DNA of 19,796 nt. Origin: a bacterium (GTDB taxonomy: Bacteria > SZUA-182 > DTGQ01 > JAFGSM01). Under the pieces are notes generated by a model that was not told the DNA's origin, searched no databases, and saw only the letters and a list, made by a program, of their open reading frames with translations. Made by a program: the position numbers and the translations under genes. This document shows positions 1-11,733 of this stretch, piece by piece; position 1 is the stretch's first letter, and every line of letters begins with the position of its first letter. The DNA lies in the NCBI GenBank assembly GCA_049472315.1, contig JBLIRN010000048.1, positions 1-19,796 on the forward strand, read 5' to 3'.

Positions 1-146
1 CTTTATCCGTTTTGAAAAGGGGATCGAGGGGCGCTTGCGGGGTTTTTCTTCAAGTTGCGTTCTTAGAGAAAAAGGTGGGTCTTGTTGCCTTTGGTCGCCG
101 CTAAGGAATTATTTTACGACATGAAAACAGGATATTACGAGGCCGT

Positions 147-2318
147 TTATACCCTGCTGTCAAGAAATTTCACTACCCGGGCAAAAACAAGGTCGGAACC
201 ATCCCCGCGAATAATGCCATGGCGGTCATGGGGGAAGATAAACAACTCCTTATCCCGGGAGCCCAGTTTTTGATGAAGCTGTTTGCTTCCCTCCGGATGA
301 ACCACCGGATCGTCCGAGGCCTGGATGATCAATGCCGGGACTGTAATGGCGTCAAGACGTTCCCAAACGACATCGATGAGTTCGATCAACTCCCTTACGC
401 CGCTGATGGGATTTCGCAAGTAATTGATGTCTGGATTTTCCGGCCTGTTGGGCACGAAGTACTGGCGGCTCTCCTCATTGACGAGTTTATCCGCCAGGTT
501 GTGCCAGAGCATGACCGCCGGCGCGATCCTGGCCGTTCGTTTTCGCAGTCGCATGGCCGGATTGATCGCACATACGGCCTTGACATTGTCATAGAGGTTA
601 TTGGATGCTGCAAGGAGCGCCAATGTGGCCCCTGCGCTGAATCCGCCCAGGACCACCTTTTCACAACAGTTCGACAGCATCAGATACCCCTGTTCAACCG
701 ACTCCAGCCACTCCTCCCAGCGCCTCTGGGCCAGGTCCTCAGGACTGGTTCCATGCCCTGGAAGTCGGGGTGCATACACGGTGTACCCATGGTGATGAAG
801 GTTCTCGGCCAGCGGCCTGACCTCCTCGGGAGCAGCCAGGTATCCATGTACCATGAGCACCCCGGCCCTTGCCCGCCGGTGATGGAGAAAAACAGGCGCA
901 CCAATGCTTGGAGGTTTGGTGTCCTTTTTGATGTAATATGTTGCGTAGTCGGTGATGAATTCAGCCTGCGCGGATTTCAGAAGCCTCTTTCTCAGACGCC
1001 GGTGGATGAACCATCGGGGATACCAGGCAATGAGCCGCAGTTTCCAGGTGAGGGAGCGCAGGTACTCCACCTCGTTGAGAATGACCTGAAACATATTTTC
1101 GATTCGAATCGTATGAAAATTAAAGGGCACAGATTTGTTTGATTTTTTCTTGTAAATGGTCTCCCCCTCCAGGGTAATGGTACCGCTTTTTCCCGCCACG
1201 GAGAGAAACTCGGTCAGTGTTTCCCTGTAGGAATGACAGATTTGAACGACCTTGTTCTGGTTGAACAAGGGATGGAATCGAATGCATGCATCCTTGGAAA
1301 CCGCATCCACGGCCAGATAAAGACGCTCTGCCAGATCAAACATGGTGAGATGCCTGCCGGGATAATACCTCAGGATATAGGCGATCAGGTGGTCATAGTT
1401 CACACAGGTCATTCGATAGACGGTGGCCATGGCATCCATCATCAGTTTCCCGGCAATCCGGCACAAAAGGGATCGGGAGGGGAGCGCCCCATTCGGGGCA
1501 ATAGGCTTCGGGGTGACGATCTCGTGCCTGAATCTCCTTTCATCAAGCAGATGCTTGACGGCCAGGGGATTACCTATGCATATATCGATATTCACGCCGG
1601 AAAGGAGCATCGCACCTTCGGTGAGCAACTCCTCCCGAACTCGCGCGGGTATGTCCTTGGCGATATAGGAGGCGAACCTGGTAATGGCGTTTTCCGCCGG
1701 GCGAATGGGATAATATGTCACATTGACAGGTACGATGAAGATCTCGCTGTGCGTCACTTCATCCATGGACTTGAGATCAAGCACCTTTAATTGTCGACGA
1801 AGCGTATCAGGGTTGTTTTTTTGCAGGTAGAACAATCGCCGGCGAAAGAGTTCGGCACACAGGGCAAGGACCGCAGCCCCGGTATGGGGTGCCCGCCGGA
1901 CACCCGTATAGGAATACACAGAGAATTTCCCTCGGGCAATGATCTTCTTGTCCTTTATCATTGCCCCTTCCGGGAAAAACAACCAGGGATTCTCGCCAGT
2001 CAGGAGTGAACGGATGATGATCCTGTTTCGATTGGGGTCCTTGGTAGATATCGCACCGACATTCTCCAGATAGGAGCCGAGGGCACCGTTGTAAAAGGTG
2101 TGATGCGCCAGCGACATGACGGTCTTTTTGGTAAGCATTGACAATTCATAGACAAGGATGAGGGTTTCCAAACGGGTGAAGTGATTCGCAACAAAAATGG
2201 TCACCCCATCCGGGATCTTTCCCGCACCATGGATATGGACGGATGCCTTGAAAAGACGCTCCAGGGCCCTGACTCCCAGCCTGCTGACCGATAGAGTGAC
2301 CCGGTTGATGTCTGTCAT
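147..2318 (-). CDS. Fusion of a PlsC/PlsB-like glycerolipid acyltransferase domain and a C-terminal alpha/beta-hydrolase (carboxylesterase/monoacylglycerol-lipase-like)
   Basis: N-terminal VANHFTRLE (HX4D-like motif, E variant) and FFPEG acyltransferase blocks. C-terminal VHGY oxyanion motif, RLPGHG, GFSAG nucleophile elbow, DDPVV and a late His (DRHG). ATG at 2318 is preceded by AGGAAGGA, so it is preferred over the ORF-track start at 2336. Confidence 0.85.
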   Translation of the reverse strand: MTDINRVTLSVSRLGVRALERLFKASVHIHGAGKIPDGVTIFVANHFTRLETLILVYELSMLTKKTVMSLAHHTFYNGALGSYLENVGAISTKDPNRNRIIIRSLLTGENPWLFFPEGAMIKDKKIIARGKFSVYSYTGVRRAPHTGAAVLALCAELFRRRLFYLQKNNPDTLRRQLKVLDLKSMDEVTHSEIFIVPVNVTYYPIRPAENAITRFASYIAKDIPARVREELLTEGAMLLSGVNIDICIGNPLAVKHLLDERRFRHEIVTPKPIAPNGALPSRSLLCRIAGKLMMDAMATVYRMTCVNYDHLIAYILRYYPGRHLTMFDLAERLYLAVDAVSKDACIRFHPLFNQNKVVQICHSYRETLTEFLSVAGKSGTITLEGETIYKKKSNKSVPFNFHTIRIENMFQVILNEVEYLRSLTWKLRLIAWYPRWFIHRRLRKRLLKSAQAEFITDYATYYIKKDTKPPSIGAPVFLHHRRARAGVLMVHGYLAAPEEVRPLAENLHHHGYTVYAPRLPGHGTSPEDLAQRRWEEWLESVEQGYLMLSNCCEKVVLGGFSAGATLALLAASNNLYDNVKAVCAINPAMRLRKRTARIAPAVMLWHNLADKLVNEESRQYFVPNRPENPDINYLRNPISGVRELIELIDVVWERLDAITVPALIIQASDDPVVHPEGSKQLHQKLGSRDKELFIFPHDRHGIIRGDGSDLVFARVVKFLDSRV

Positions 2319-2385
2319 TACATCCTTCCTACGCATTTCGGTATATTTTCCGATCGGTCTGTTCCATTGTTTTCATCTGAAAATC

Positions 2386-2524
2386 ATTTTCATGCCTCTT
2401 TGTGAGCCGAAGTCTCATCTGCTTTTCACTTCTACATTCTATATTCTACATTCGATATTCGATATTCGCAGTTTCATCAGGCTCATGAGCGTTTCATATG
2501 TCTCATGCCTCCATGGGGCATGAG
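2386..2524. repeat. Composite intergenic repeat: ATTTTCATGC...CATGAGCGTTT element interrupted by heptamer tandem repeats, followed by a hairpin
   Basis: Heptads TTCTACA TTCTATA TTCTACA TTCGATA TTCGATA TTCG at 2430-2468. ATTTTCATGC (2386-2395) and CATGAGCGTTT (2484-2494) recur at 9618-9627 and 9648-9658. Hairpin CTCATGCCTC-cat-GGGGCATGAG at 2502-2524. Confidence 0.75.
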
Positions 2525-2541
2525 CGGAATTTTTGTCCCTT

Positions 2542-3693
2542 TTACAATTTTCCCAATAGACTGCCGGCAATCGTATTCTTCTGGATCTCCTTCGTGCCCT
2601 CGTAAATCTCCGTGATCCTGGCATCCCGGTAGAAACGCTCCACCTCGTAATCCAGCATATAGCCGTAGCCGCCGAGCAATTGAATCGCCTCCTCGGTCAC
2701 TTCAACCGCCACCCGTGCTGCATAGAACTTGGCCATGGAGGTGAGCTTGGGATCGATATTCCCCTGATCGAAATTCCATGCCGCCTTGTACACCAGAAGC
2801 CGTGCGGTCTCGATCTTTGTGGCCATATCCGCCAGTTTGTGCTTGGTGACCTGGAACTCGGCGATCCGTGTATTGAACTGGGTGCGTTCCTTGCAGTAGG
2901 CAATCGCCCGGTCAAATGCCCCCTGGGCGATCCCCAGGGCCTGGGCTGCGATCTCTATCCTGCTTTCATCAAAGAATTCCAGTGCCTGGTAGAAGCCCCG
3001 GTTTTCCTTGCCCACAAGATTGGATACGGGAACCCTTACATCGCTGAAGGAGAGTTCCGCAGTGGAGGTCATCTTTATTCCCATCTTTTCACCGATCTCC
3101 CGGGCGGTAAATCCCGGTGTCCCCTTATCCACGATGATAAGGGATTGCCCGCGATAGGTCGGGCTGGCCTCCCGGTCCGTTTGGCAGAGAACAATGACAA
3201 AATCCCCCCTGGTCCCGTTCGTAATGAAGGTCTTGACCCCATTGATGATATATTCATTCCCCTCCTTTACGGCCGTGGTATTCATGAGGGTGATATCGCT
3301 TCCATGATCCGGCTCGGTAAAGGCCCCGCAGGATATGGCCTGGCCCTTGGTGATGGGGATGAGGTATTTCTCCTTTTGTTCCTCCGAGCCTGCCCTCAGG
3401 ATGATCTCCGTGGCGAAGTCCACGATGCTCATGGCGATCCCGATACCCGAATCCCTTCGGCAGAACTCCTCCACGATGAGGGCATTTTCAAAGACCCCAT
3501 ATTCCTGCCCGTTGTATGCCTCCGGAAAATGAACCCCGACAAAATTGAGATCACAGGCCTTTTTCCAGATCGTTTCCGGGAAGGTATGGGATTTTTCATG
3601 CTCCAGGGCGATCTCCTTATCAAACTCACCTTTGGCAAAATCCCTGGCCGCCTTTTGTATGGCCTCCTGTTCCGGGTTTAGCTTGAAATCCAC
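2542..3693 (-). CDS. Acyl-CoA dehydrogenase (short/medium-chain type, 383 aa)
   Basis: FTEPDHGSD, INGVKTFITNG, KMGIK, ERTQF, QLLGGYGY and EIYEGTKEIQ motifs. GTG start with a GGGAGG RBS. Confidence 0.96.
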   Translation of the reverse strand: MDFKLNPEQEAIQKAARDFAKGEFDKEIALEHEKSHTFPETIWKKACDLNFVGVHFPEAYNGQEYGVFENALIVEEFCRRDSGIGIAMSIVDFATEIILRAGSEEQKEKYLIPITKGQAISCGAFTEPDHGSDITLMNTTAVKEGNEYIINGVKTFITNGTRGDFVIVLCQTDREASPTYRGQSLIIVDKGTPGFTAREIGEKMGIKMTSTAELSFSDVRVPVSNLVGKENRGFYQALEFFDESRIEIAAQALGIAQGAFDRAIAYCKERTQFNTRIAEFQVTKHKLADMATKIETARLLVYKAAWNFDQGNIDPKLTSMAKFYAARVAVEVTEEAIQLLGGYGYMLDYEVERFYRDARITEIYEGTKEIQKNTIAGSLLGKL

Positions 3694-3716
3694 GTTTGAC
3701 CTCCCTCTGTATGGGA

Positions 3717-5489
3717 TTACTTGGGCACCTTGATGACCTTTTCACGCGTATCCAATGGCTTTTCATATTGTGCCGATTCATGCCTTGATGTTTCAGGCGC
3801 CTTCTGACACCTTTCCAATTCCGCTGCCCTGAGGTCTTTTTTGAGTATCTTTCCAATCCTGTTTTTGGGCAGGTCCGCCATGAACTCGACCTCCGTGGGG
3901 AGTTTATAGATGGCGAGTTTCCCTTTACAGAATTCGATCAACTCCTGCTGTGTTGCCGTTTGCCCCTTTTTGAGCACACAGAATACCTTGACGCATTCCC
4001 CCCTGGTGGGATGAGGTTTACCGATTGCAGCCACCTCCTTGACCTTGGGGTTTTCAAACAAGACCTCTTCAACGTCGCGGGGGTAGACATTGCACCCCCC
4101 GGACAGGACCAGGTCCTTTATGCGATCCACGATATAGAAGTAGCCCTCGTCATCCATCCGTGCGACATCCCCTGTATGCAGCCAGCCATCATCAAGGGTC
4201 AGTTTCGTTTCCCCCGGCCTGTTCAGATATCCGTTCATGACCTGGGGCCCTTTGATCAGCAACTCACCCGCCTCCCCGACAGGCACCTCGGTCTTCCCAT
4301 CCCTGAGGTCCACGATCCGGCACTCGGTGTCCGGTAGTGGAAGACCCACACTGCCCACCTTCCTCTTTCCCCCGAAGGGATTGATATGGGTTACCGGGGA
4401 GGCCTCGGTCAGACCGAACCCTTCCACGATGACGGCCCCGGTCCTCCCCTCGAATTCCCGTATCAGCTCCACCGGAAGCGGGGCGCTTCCTGAAAAGCAT
4501 CCCTTGATGGAGGTCATATCCACCTTGTTGATATCCGGATGATTCAGGATGCCGATGTACATGGTGGGCACAAGGGGCGCAAATACGGGCCTGTATTTTC
4601 GAATCGCCTCAATCAATGTCTCCGGCTTGGGTTTTGGAATGAGGATATTCCCCCACCCCATGTATACGGCAAAATTCATGGCCGCGGTCAGCCCGAACAC
4701 ATGGAAAAAGGGGAGGGCGCCCAGCATGACCACATGATCGTTATGGAACTGTGGAAACCAGGCAGCGAGCTGCTGGACCTGTACGCTGAGGTTCCCATGG
4801 GTCAATATGGCACCCTTGGAAATTCCGGTTGTGCCGCCCGTATATTGATACATGGCGATATCATCATAGCCTATGGACACATTCGGCGGATCTGAAGGGC
4901 AGTTGTTGAGGATCTCCTTCCATCGATATACATCCCCTGCAGGTTTCACCTTCGCAGCAAGCTTTCGTTTCGCGGCAACGAGGGGGAAGATCAATCGGTT
5001 GAAAAAGGGGAGATAATCCCCGATGGAGGTATAGATGATCTGTCTGATAGGGGTCTTCGGCCTGAGATCGATCATCCGGTTTGCAAGCAGATCGAGGGTG
5101 ATCAGGCATGTGGACCCTGAATCGTTGAACTGATATTCGAGCTCTCGAATCGAGGACAGGGGATTATTCATGATGGCGATGCCGCCCACCTTTAACACCG
5201 CATAGTAGCTGACAACACAAGGGATGCTGTTGGGAAGGAGAATGGAAACCCGGTCGCCCTTCCGGATGCCGAAATGATGGAGGCAGGCTGCAAACCGGTC
5301 CACCATTTTTTTCAGCTCCCTGAAGGTCAACGTGTAGCCCTTGAAAAGAAGGGCCATTCTGTCGGGACATCGATGTGCGGAGGCATCGAGGAACTCGGGC
5401 AGGCATTTTTTCTCGTACTCTAATGCCAGAGGGACCCCCGGTTCATAGTGCTCACACCATGGTTTGTTCTGATAGCATTGTTGTTTCAT
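3717..5489 (-). CDS. fadD: Long-chain-fatty-acid--CoA ligase (AMP-binding family)
   Basis: YTGGTTGISKG, LPFFHVFG, EGFGLTEASP, GWLHTGD, VDRIKD and GKILKKDLR motifs. Confidence 0.93.
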   Translation of the reverse strand: MKQQCYQNKPWCEHYEPGVPLALEYEKKCLPEFLDASAHRCPDRMALLFKGYTLTFRELKKMVDRFAACLHHFGIRKGDRVSILLPNSIPCVVSYYAVLKVGGIAIMNNPLSSIRELEYQFNDSGSTCLITLDLLANRMIDLRPKTPIRQIIYTSIGDYLPFFNRLIFPLVAAKRKLAAKVKPAGDVYRWKEILNNCPSDPPNVSIGYDDIAMYQYTGGTTGISKGAILTHGNLSVQVQQLAAWFPQFHNDHVVMLGALPFFHVFGLTAAMNFAVYMGWGNILIPKPKPETLIEAIRKYRPVFAPLVPTMYIGILNHPDINKVDMTSIKGCFSGSAPLPVELIREFEGRTGAVIVEGFGLTEASPVTHINPFGGKRKVGSVGLPLPDTECRIVDLRDGKTEVPVGEAGELLIKGPQVMNGYLNRPGETKLTLDDGWLHTGDVARMDDEGYFYIVDRIKDLVLSGGCNVYPRDVEEVLFENPKVKEVAAIGKPHPTRGECVKVFCVLKKGQTATQQELIEFCKGKLAIYKLPTEVEFMADLPKNRIGKILKKDLRAAELERCQKAPETSRHESAQYEKPLDTREKVIKVPK

Positions 5490-6734
5490 GATCTTCTACA
5501 CATCCATCATCAATGGATATTCCTGAAGATCATGGCATCGCCCTGCCCCATGCCGATACACATGGTGACAAGCCCGTACTCGACGTCCGGTCTCCTTTGC
5601 AGTTCGTGAACCATGGTGGTGGCAAGCTTGGCGCCCGTGGCACCCAGCGGATGACCCAGTGCAGTGGCCCCGCCGTTCACATTGATGATCGCCTTGAATT
5701 CCTCTTCGTCAAGATTGAAATCCTTGCACAACTGCTTGATGCAGGCAAGTGATTGGGCACAGAATGCCTCGTTCATTTCGATGAGGCCGATGTTGTTGAT
5801 ATCCAGGCCGGCCCTTTTCAGGACCATCCGTGTTGACACCACGGGCCCGAATCCCATGATATTGGGGTCCACGCCCACGGATGCCCAGGCAATAATCTCC
5901 GCCATGGGTTTGAGCCCTCTTTGCTTCATGTAGGATTCGGTGACCACAAATAATCCCGAGGCACCGTCCGAATAGGGGGCCGAGGTGGCCGCAGTGACCG
6001 TGCCGCCGTTCTTGAATGCAGGCTTGAGCCGGCTGAAAAGGGAAAGGGCGTCGTCCAGGGAGGCATATGCCCTGGGACCCACATCCTGTTTCAGCACCTC
6101 ACCGTTCGGCAGGGTGACCGGGACGATCTCCTCATCGAATTTCCCATCGGAGGCCGCCTTCACTGCCTTGGCATGGCTCTGATAGGCGAAGACCTCCTGC
6201 TCCTTTCTGGAGACCTGGTACATCTCAGCCAGTTTCTCCGCGGTTAATCCCATGCTCAGCGCCGTGGTGTTCCCCTTTGCGAATTCATCATAGAAATATT
6301 TACTCGGGGTAAAGATGTCGGCCATATCATGGTGGCCCATGTGTTCGATGCCGCTCACCAGGACCGCACCCGGCCTTCCATCCTTGAAATTCTGCCCGGC
6401 GATCAGGAATTCGGCGGCCTTCATGGCGGCGGTCAGGCTGGACCCGCATAACCTGTCTACGCTGACCGCAGGGATCTCCTGGGGCAAATCCAGGGTGAGC
6501 TGCGCAATCCTGGCCACGTTCGCCCCCTGATCCGAATCCTGGATCGCACAGCCGGTGATGATATCCGCGATATCATTTTTGGGGATACTGGTGTTTTCGA
6601 CCAGATCCTTCATGACGCAGGAAAGCAGCTCCACCGAGCCCATGCTTTCATATTTGCCGGGATATCTATCCAGGCCGTTCCCCCCCTCCTCGGGCGGTAT
6701 CTTGTCCCCTTTGCTCTTACAAACGGGTGTTCTC

Positions 6735-9284
<2,550 letters not shown>

Positions 9285-9397
9285 GGTGCCCCTCTTTTAT
9301 TGAATGATGGTGTGCAATCTTCCCAAAATGCATTCGCAGTCGCTTGTTTTCCTAATAAAAATAAAGACAAACCCCTAATTGTATATCGGCCATGTGG

Positions 9398-9768
9398 GGA
9401 AATGGGGTCAGGTCTTGAAATGACAGTTTTTTTTGCAGTTTTTTTCGGGTAAAGATCTTCATTCTTTATATTCCGAAAATAGAATCAATCAGGCAGTCAT
9501 TGCGAGCGAAGCGAAGCAATCTCGTTTTTGAGATTGCCACGGCATTTCGTGTCAGAATGACATGAGGAGAGATTGCTCCGTCGCCTTCGGCGCCTCGCAA
9601 TGACAATAAAAAGCCGAATTTTCATGCTTCGTGGCGCCACAAAGGGGCATGAGCGTTTGTTCAGAAAACAAAACCTATGCTCTTAATATCAGCAACATAT
9701 TTCATACTTCGCGGCGGGTACGGGGGATGTTCCAAAAAACTGTCATTTCAAGACCTGACCCCATTTCC
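9398..9768. mobile_element. MITE-like non-autonomous element or composite REP region bounded by 35-bp perfect inverted repeats
   Basis: 9398-9432 GGAAATGGGGTCAGGTCTTGAAATGACAGTTTTTT is the exact reverse complement of 9734-9768. There is no transposase inside and no clear target-site duplication. Confidence 0.7.
9496..9604. repeat. REP-like palindromic cluster (GTCATTGCGAG...GCAATCTC family), one forward and two inverted copies
   Basis: GTCATTGCGAGCGAAGCGAAGCAATCTC (9496-9523); GAGATTGCCAC...AATGAC (9530-9561); GAGATTGCTCCGTCGCCTTCGGCGCCTCGCAATGAC (9569-9604). Confidence 0.8.
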
Positions 9769-11532
9769 ATTGAGGCTCGCCAGTGTTGTTCGATCACCGC
9801 TTTTGATGAATCGGGACTCCTTCTTCATCTCCGGCAGGTAGTTTCGGATAAACCGTTCCGCCAGTGGCTTTCTCTCCGGAAATCGTTTGGCCTCCTGAAC
9901 CAGGAGGTGGATAATCATGCTATAGGCCTTTAACCGGGTCAGTCTCTCTGCATAGAGCATGGCGTAAGAGAGGGCCGCCTTTTGCCTTTTCTTGTTCTTG
10001 AAAAGGCCGGCCAATACGAACGGACGCCTCAGATAATCCACCGCGGAGTTGAAATATATCTCTGCTTTGATTGCCTTTCGATGCAGCCGGGATGAAAAGA
10101 TACCCTTGATCCCCTTGATCCGGTTCCGGATGGGTTCCAGGTAGGGTATAATCCTTGATTTTTTGAGGGTGTCACCCATGGCCATCAGGGCCTGGATCTG
10201 GCTCGTTCCCTCATAGATCGTGGTAATGATCGAATCCCTGAGATGGAGCTCCGCAAGGTAATCCGTGGTATACCCATTGCCGCCGTGGATCTGGATGTTG
10301 TCCCTGGTGATCTGGATGGATTTTTCGGTGACAAAGTATTTGACGATGGGCACCATCTCCCGGGCCAGATATTTATATCGCTTGAACTCCCGCTCAAGCC
10401 GGGCCCTTTCTTGTGGGTCCCCCTGGAAGCCCTTCAGCCTTTCCTCCAGTCCGGCTCTGATATCCTCATATTCGCAGCCCTTGTACAGCAGACTTCTCAT
10501 GGCCTTGACATCCGTTTCCATGTCCAGGAGCTTATCCGCCACCAGCTCGTGCTGGGCGATGGGTTTGCCGAATTGTACCCGTTCGGCGGCATATTCCCGT
10601 GCCTCTTCCAGTGCCTTTTGTGCGATACCCAGGGCCTGGGCGGATACCCCTAATCTGGCCTCATTCATCAGGTAAAACATCTGCTTCAGTCCTTGGCCCT
10701 CTTCACCCACCAGATAGCCGATGGATTTGTCAAACAGAAGCTCCAGCGTGGGGGATGCATGGATACCCAGCTTGTGCTCTGCGGTCCCCAGTGAGAAGTT
10801 GCTGATTTTGCCTCCATTCTTCTGGATATATCTCGGCACCACATACATGCTCAGTCCTTTTGTGCCTGATGATTTCCGGTCCGACCGGGCAAGCACCAGG
10901 GTCACCTCGCCATTTCCATTGGTGATGAATGTCTTGGTCCCTGTTATCTCCCAGTGATCCCCTTTGTTTTCCGCTATGGTTCGGACCTGGCCCAGGTCCG
11001 AACCGGCATCCGATTCCGTCAGGGACATGGAGCCGCCATACTCTCCCTTCACCAGCTTGGGGATGTACTGCCTTTTCAGATCCTCACTGGCAAACACCTC
11101 CAATGTCTTTGCCACACCGGAATAGAATGCGTATACCGTCATAAATGCCGCGTCTGCCCTGCAAATCATCTCCATGTTGATCATGTGAATCAAGCCGGGC
11201 ATGCCGGGCCCTTCATATTCAGGCCTCACATTGAGGGCCAGGGCCTCGGATTGTTTGAATGCTGCCAATGCCTTTTTAAAGCCTTCGGTATAGATCACGT
11301 CTCCGTTTTCGCATCTGATGCCGATTTCATCGCTCTCCCTGGCCGTTTCCTCGAGTTCATTGGACGCAATAGCGCCGAGTTCCTTCAACGTATCGTGATA
11401 CATATTAACGGCCTGCTTAAGCGAGAAATTCCCATCCAGATTTTCGAACAGCGGGACGATCTTCTCCCAGGTGATGGTATTTTTGAAATGAAATTGGATA
11501 TCTTCATCCAGGAAGTAGGTCTTTTTGGCCAT
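9748..11532 (-). CDS. Acyl-CoA dehydrogenase (large ~600-aa type)
   Basis: MSLTESDAGSDLG, GTKTFITNG, EHKLGIHASPT, MNEARL, RVQFGKPI, QIHGGNGY and IYEGTSQIQ motifs. RBS AGAGGGAG. Confidence 0.95.
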   Translation of the reverse strand: MAKKTYFLDEDIQFHFKNTITWEKIVPLFENLDGNFSLKQAVNMYHDTLKELGAIASNELEETARESDEIGIRCENGDVIYTEGFKKALAAFKQSEALALNVRPEYEGPGMPGLIHMINMEMICRADAAFMTVYAFYSGVAKTLEVFASEDLKRQYIPKLVKGEYGGSMSLTESDAGSDLGQVRTIAENKGDHWEITGTKTFITNGNGEVTLVLARSDRKSSGTKGLSMYVVPRYIQKNGGKISNFSLGTAEHKLGIHASPTLELLFDKSIGYLVGEEGQGLKQMFYLMNEARLGVSAQALGIAQKALEEAREYAAERVQFGKPIAQHELVADKLLDMETDVKAMRSLLYKGCEYEDIRAGLEERLKGFQGDPQERARLEREFKRYKYLAREMVPIVKYFVTEKSIQITRDNIQIHGGNGYTTDYLAELHLRDSIITTIYEGTSQIQALMAMGDTLKKSRIIPYLEPIRNRIKGIKGIFSSRLHRKAIKAEIYFNSAVDYLRRPFVLAGLFKNKKRQKAALSYAMLYAERLTRLKAYSMIIHLLVQEAKRFPERKPLAERFIRNYLPEMKKESRFIKSGDRTTLASLNGNGVRS

Positions 11533-11703
11533 TTTTTCGATCTCCCTCTTTCATGTCCGAATGTTACTATCTACAAAGAGATTATCGACATTTGGCATAT
11601 TTTTCTCTTCGTCGGTCCCCTTGAAAGGATACGAGGGTGAGCCCTTTGAAACGATGGATGCTCGGCACTGAACGGAGCATCAGAAAAGGCCTGGATCGCC
11701 TCT

Positions 11704-11730
11704 TTGACAAATGAATCTTTTTTGTATAAT
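11704..11730 (+). promoter_or_regulatory. Sigma70-like promoter
   Basis: TTGACA (11704-11709) and TATAAT (11725-11730) are both consensus, but the spacer is only 15 bp. TAATAA at 17-bp spacing is an alternative -10. Confidence 0.6.
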
Positions 11731-11733
11731 AAT

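Noticed and set aside
9631..9933. 100-aa ORF containing ISRPDP as a possible transposase fragment
   Set aside because: The peptide is just the translated inverted repeat, and the rest is antisense to the dehydrogenase. No HUH or DDE motif is present.
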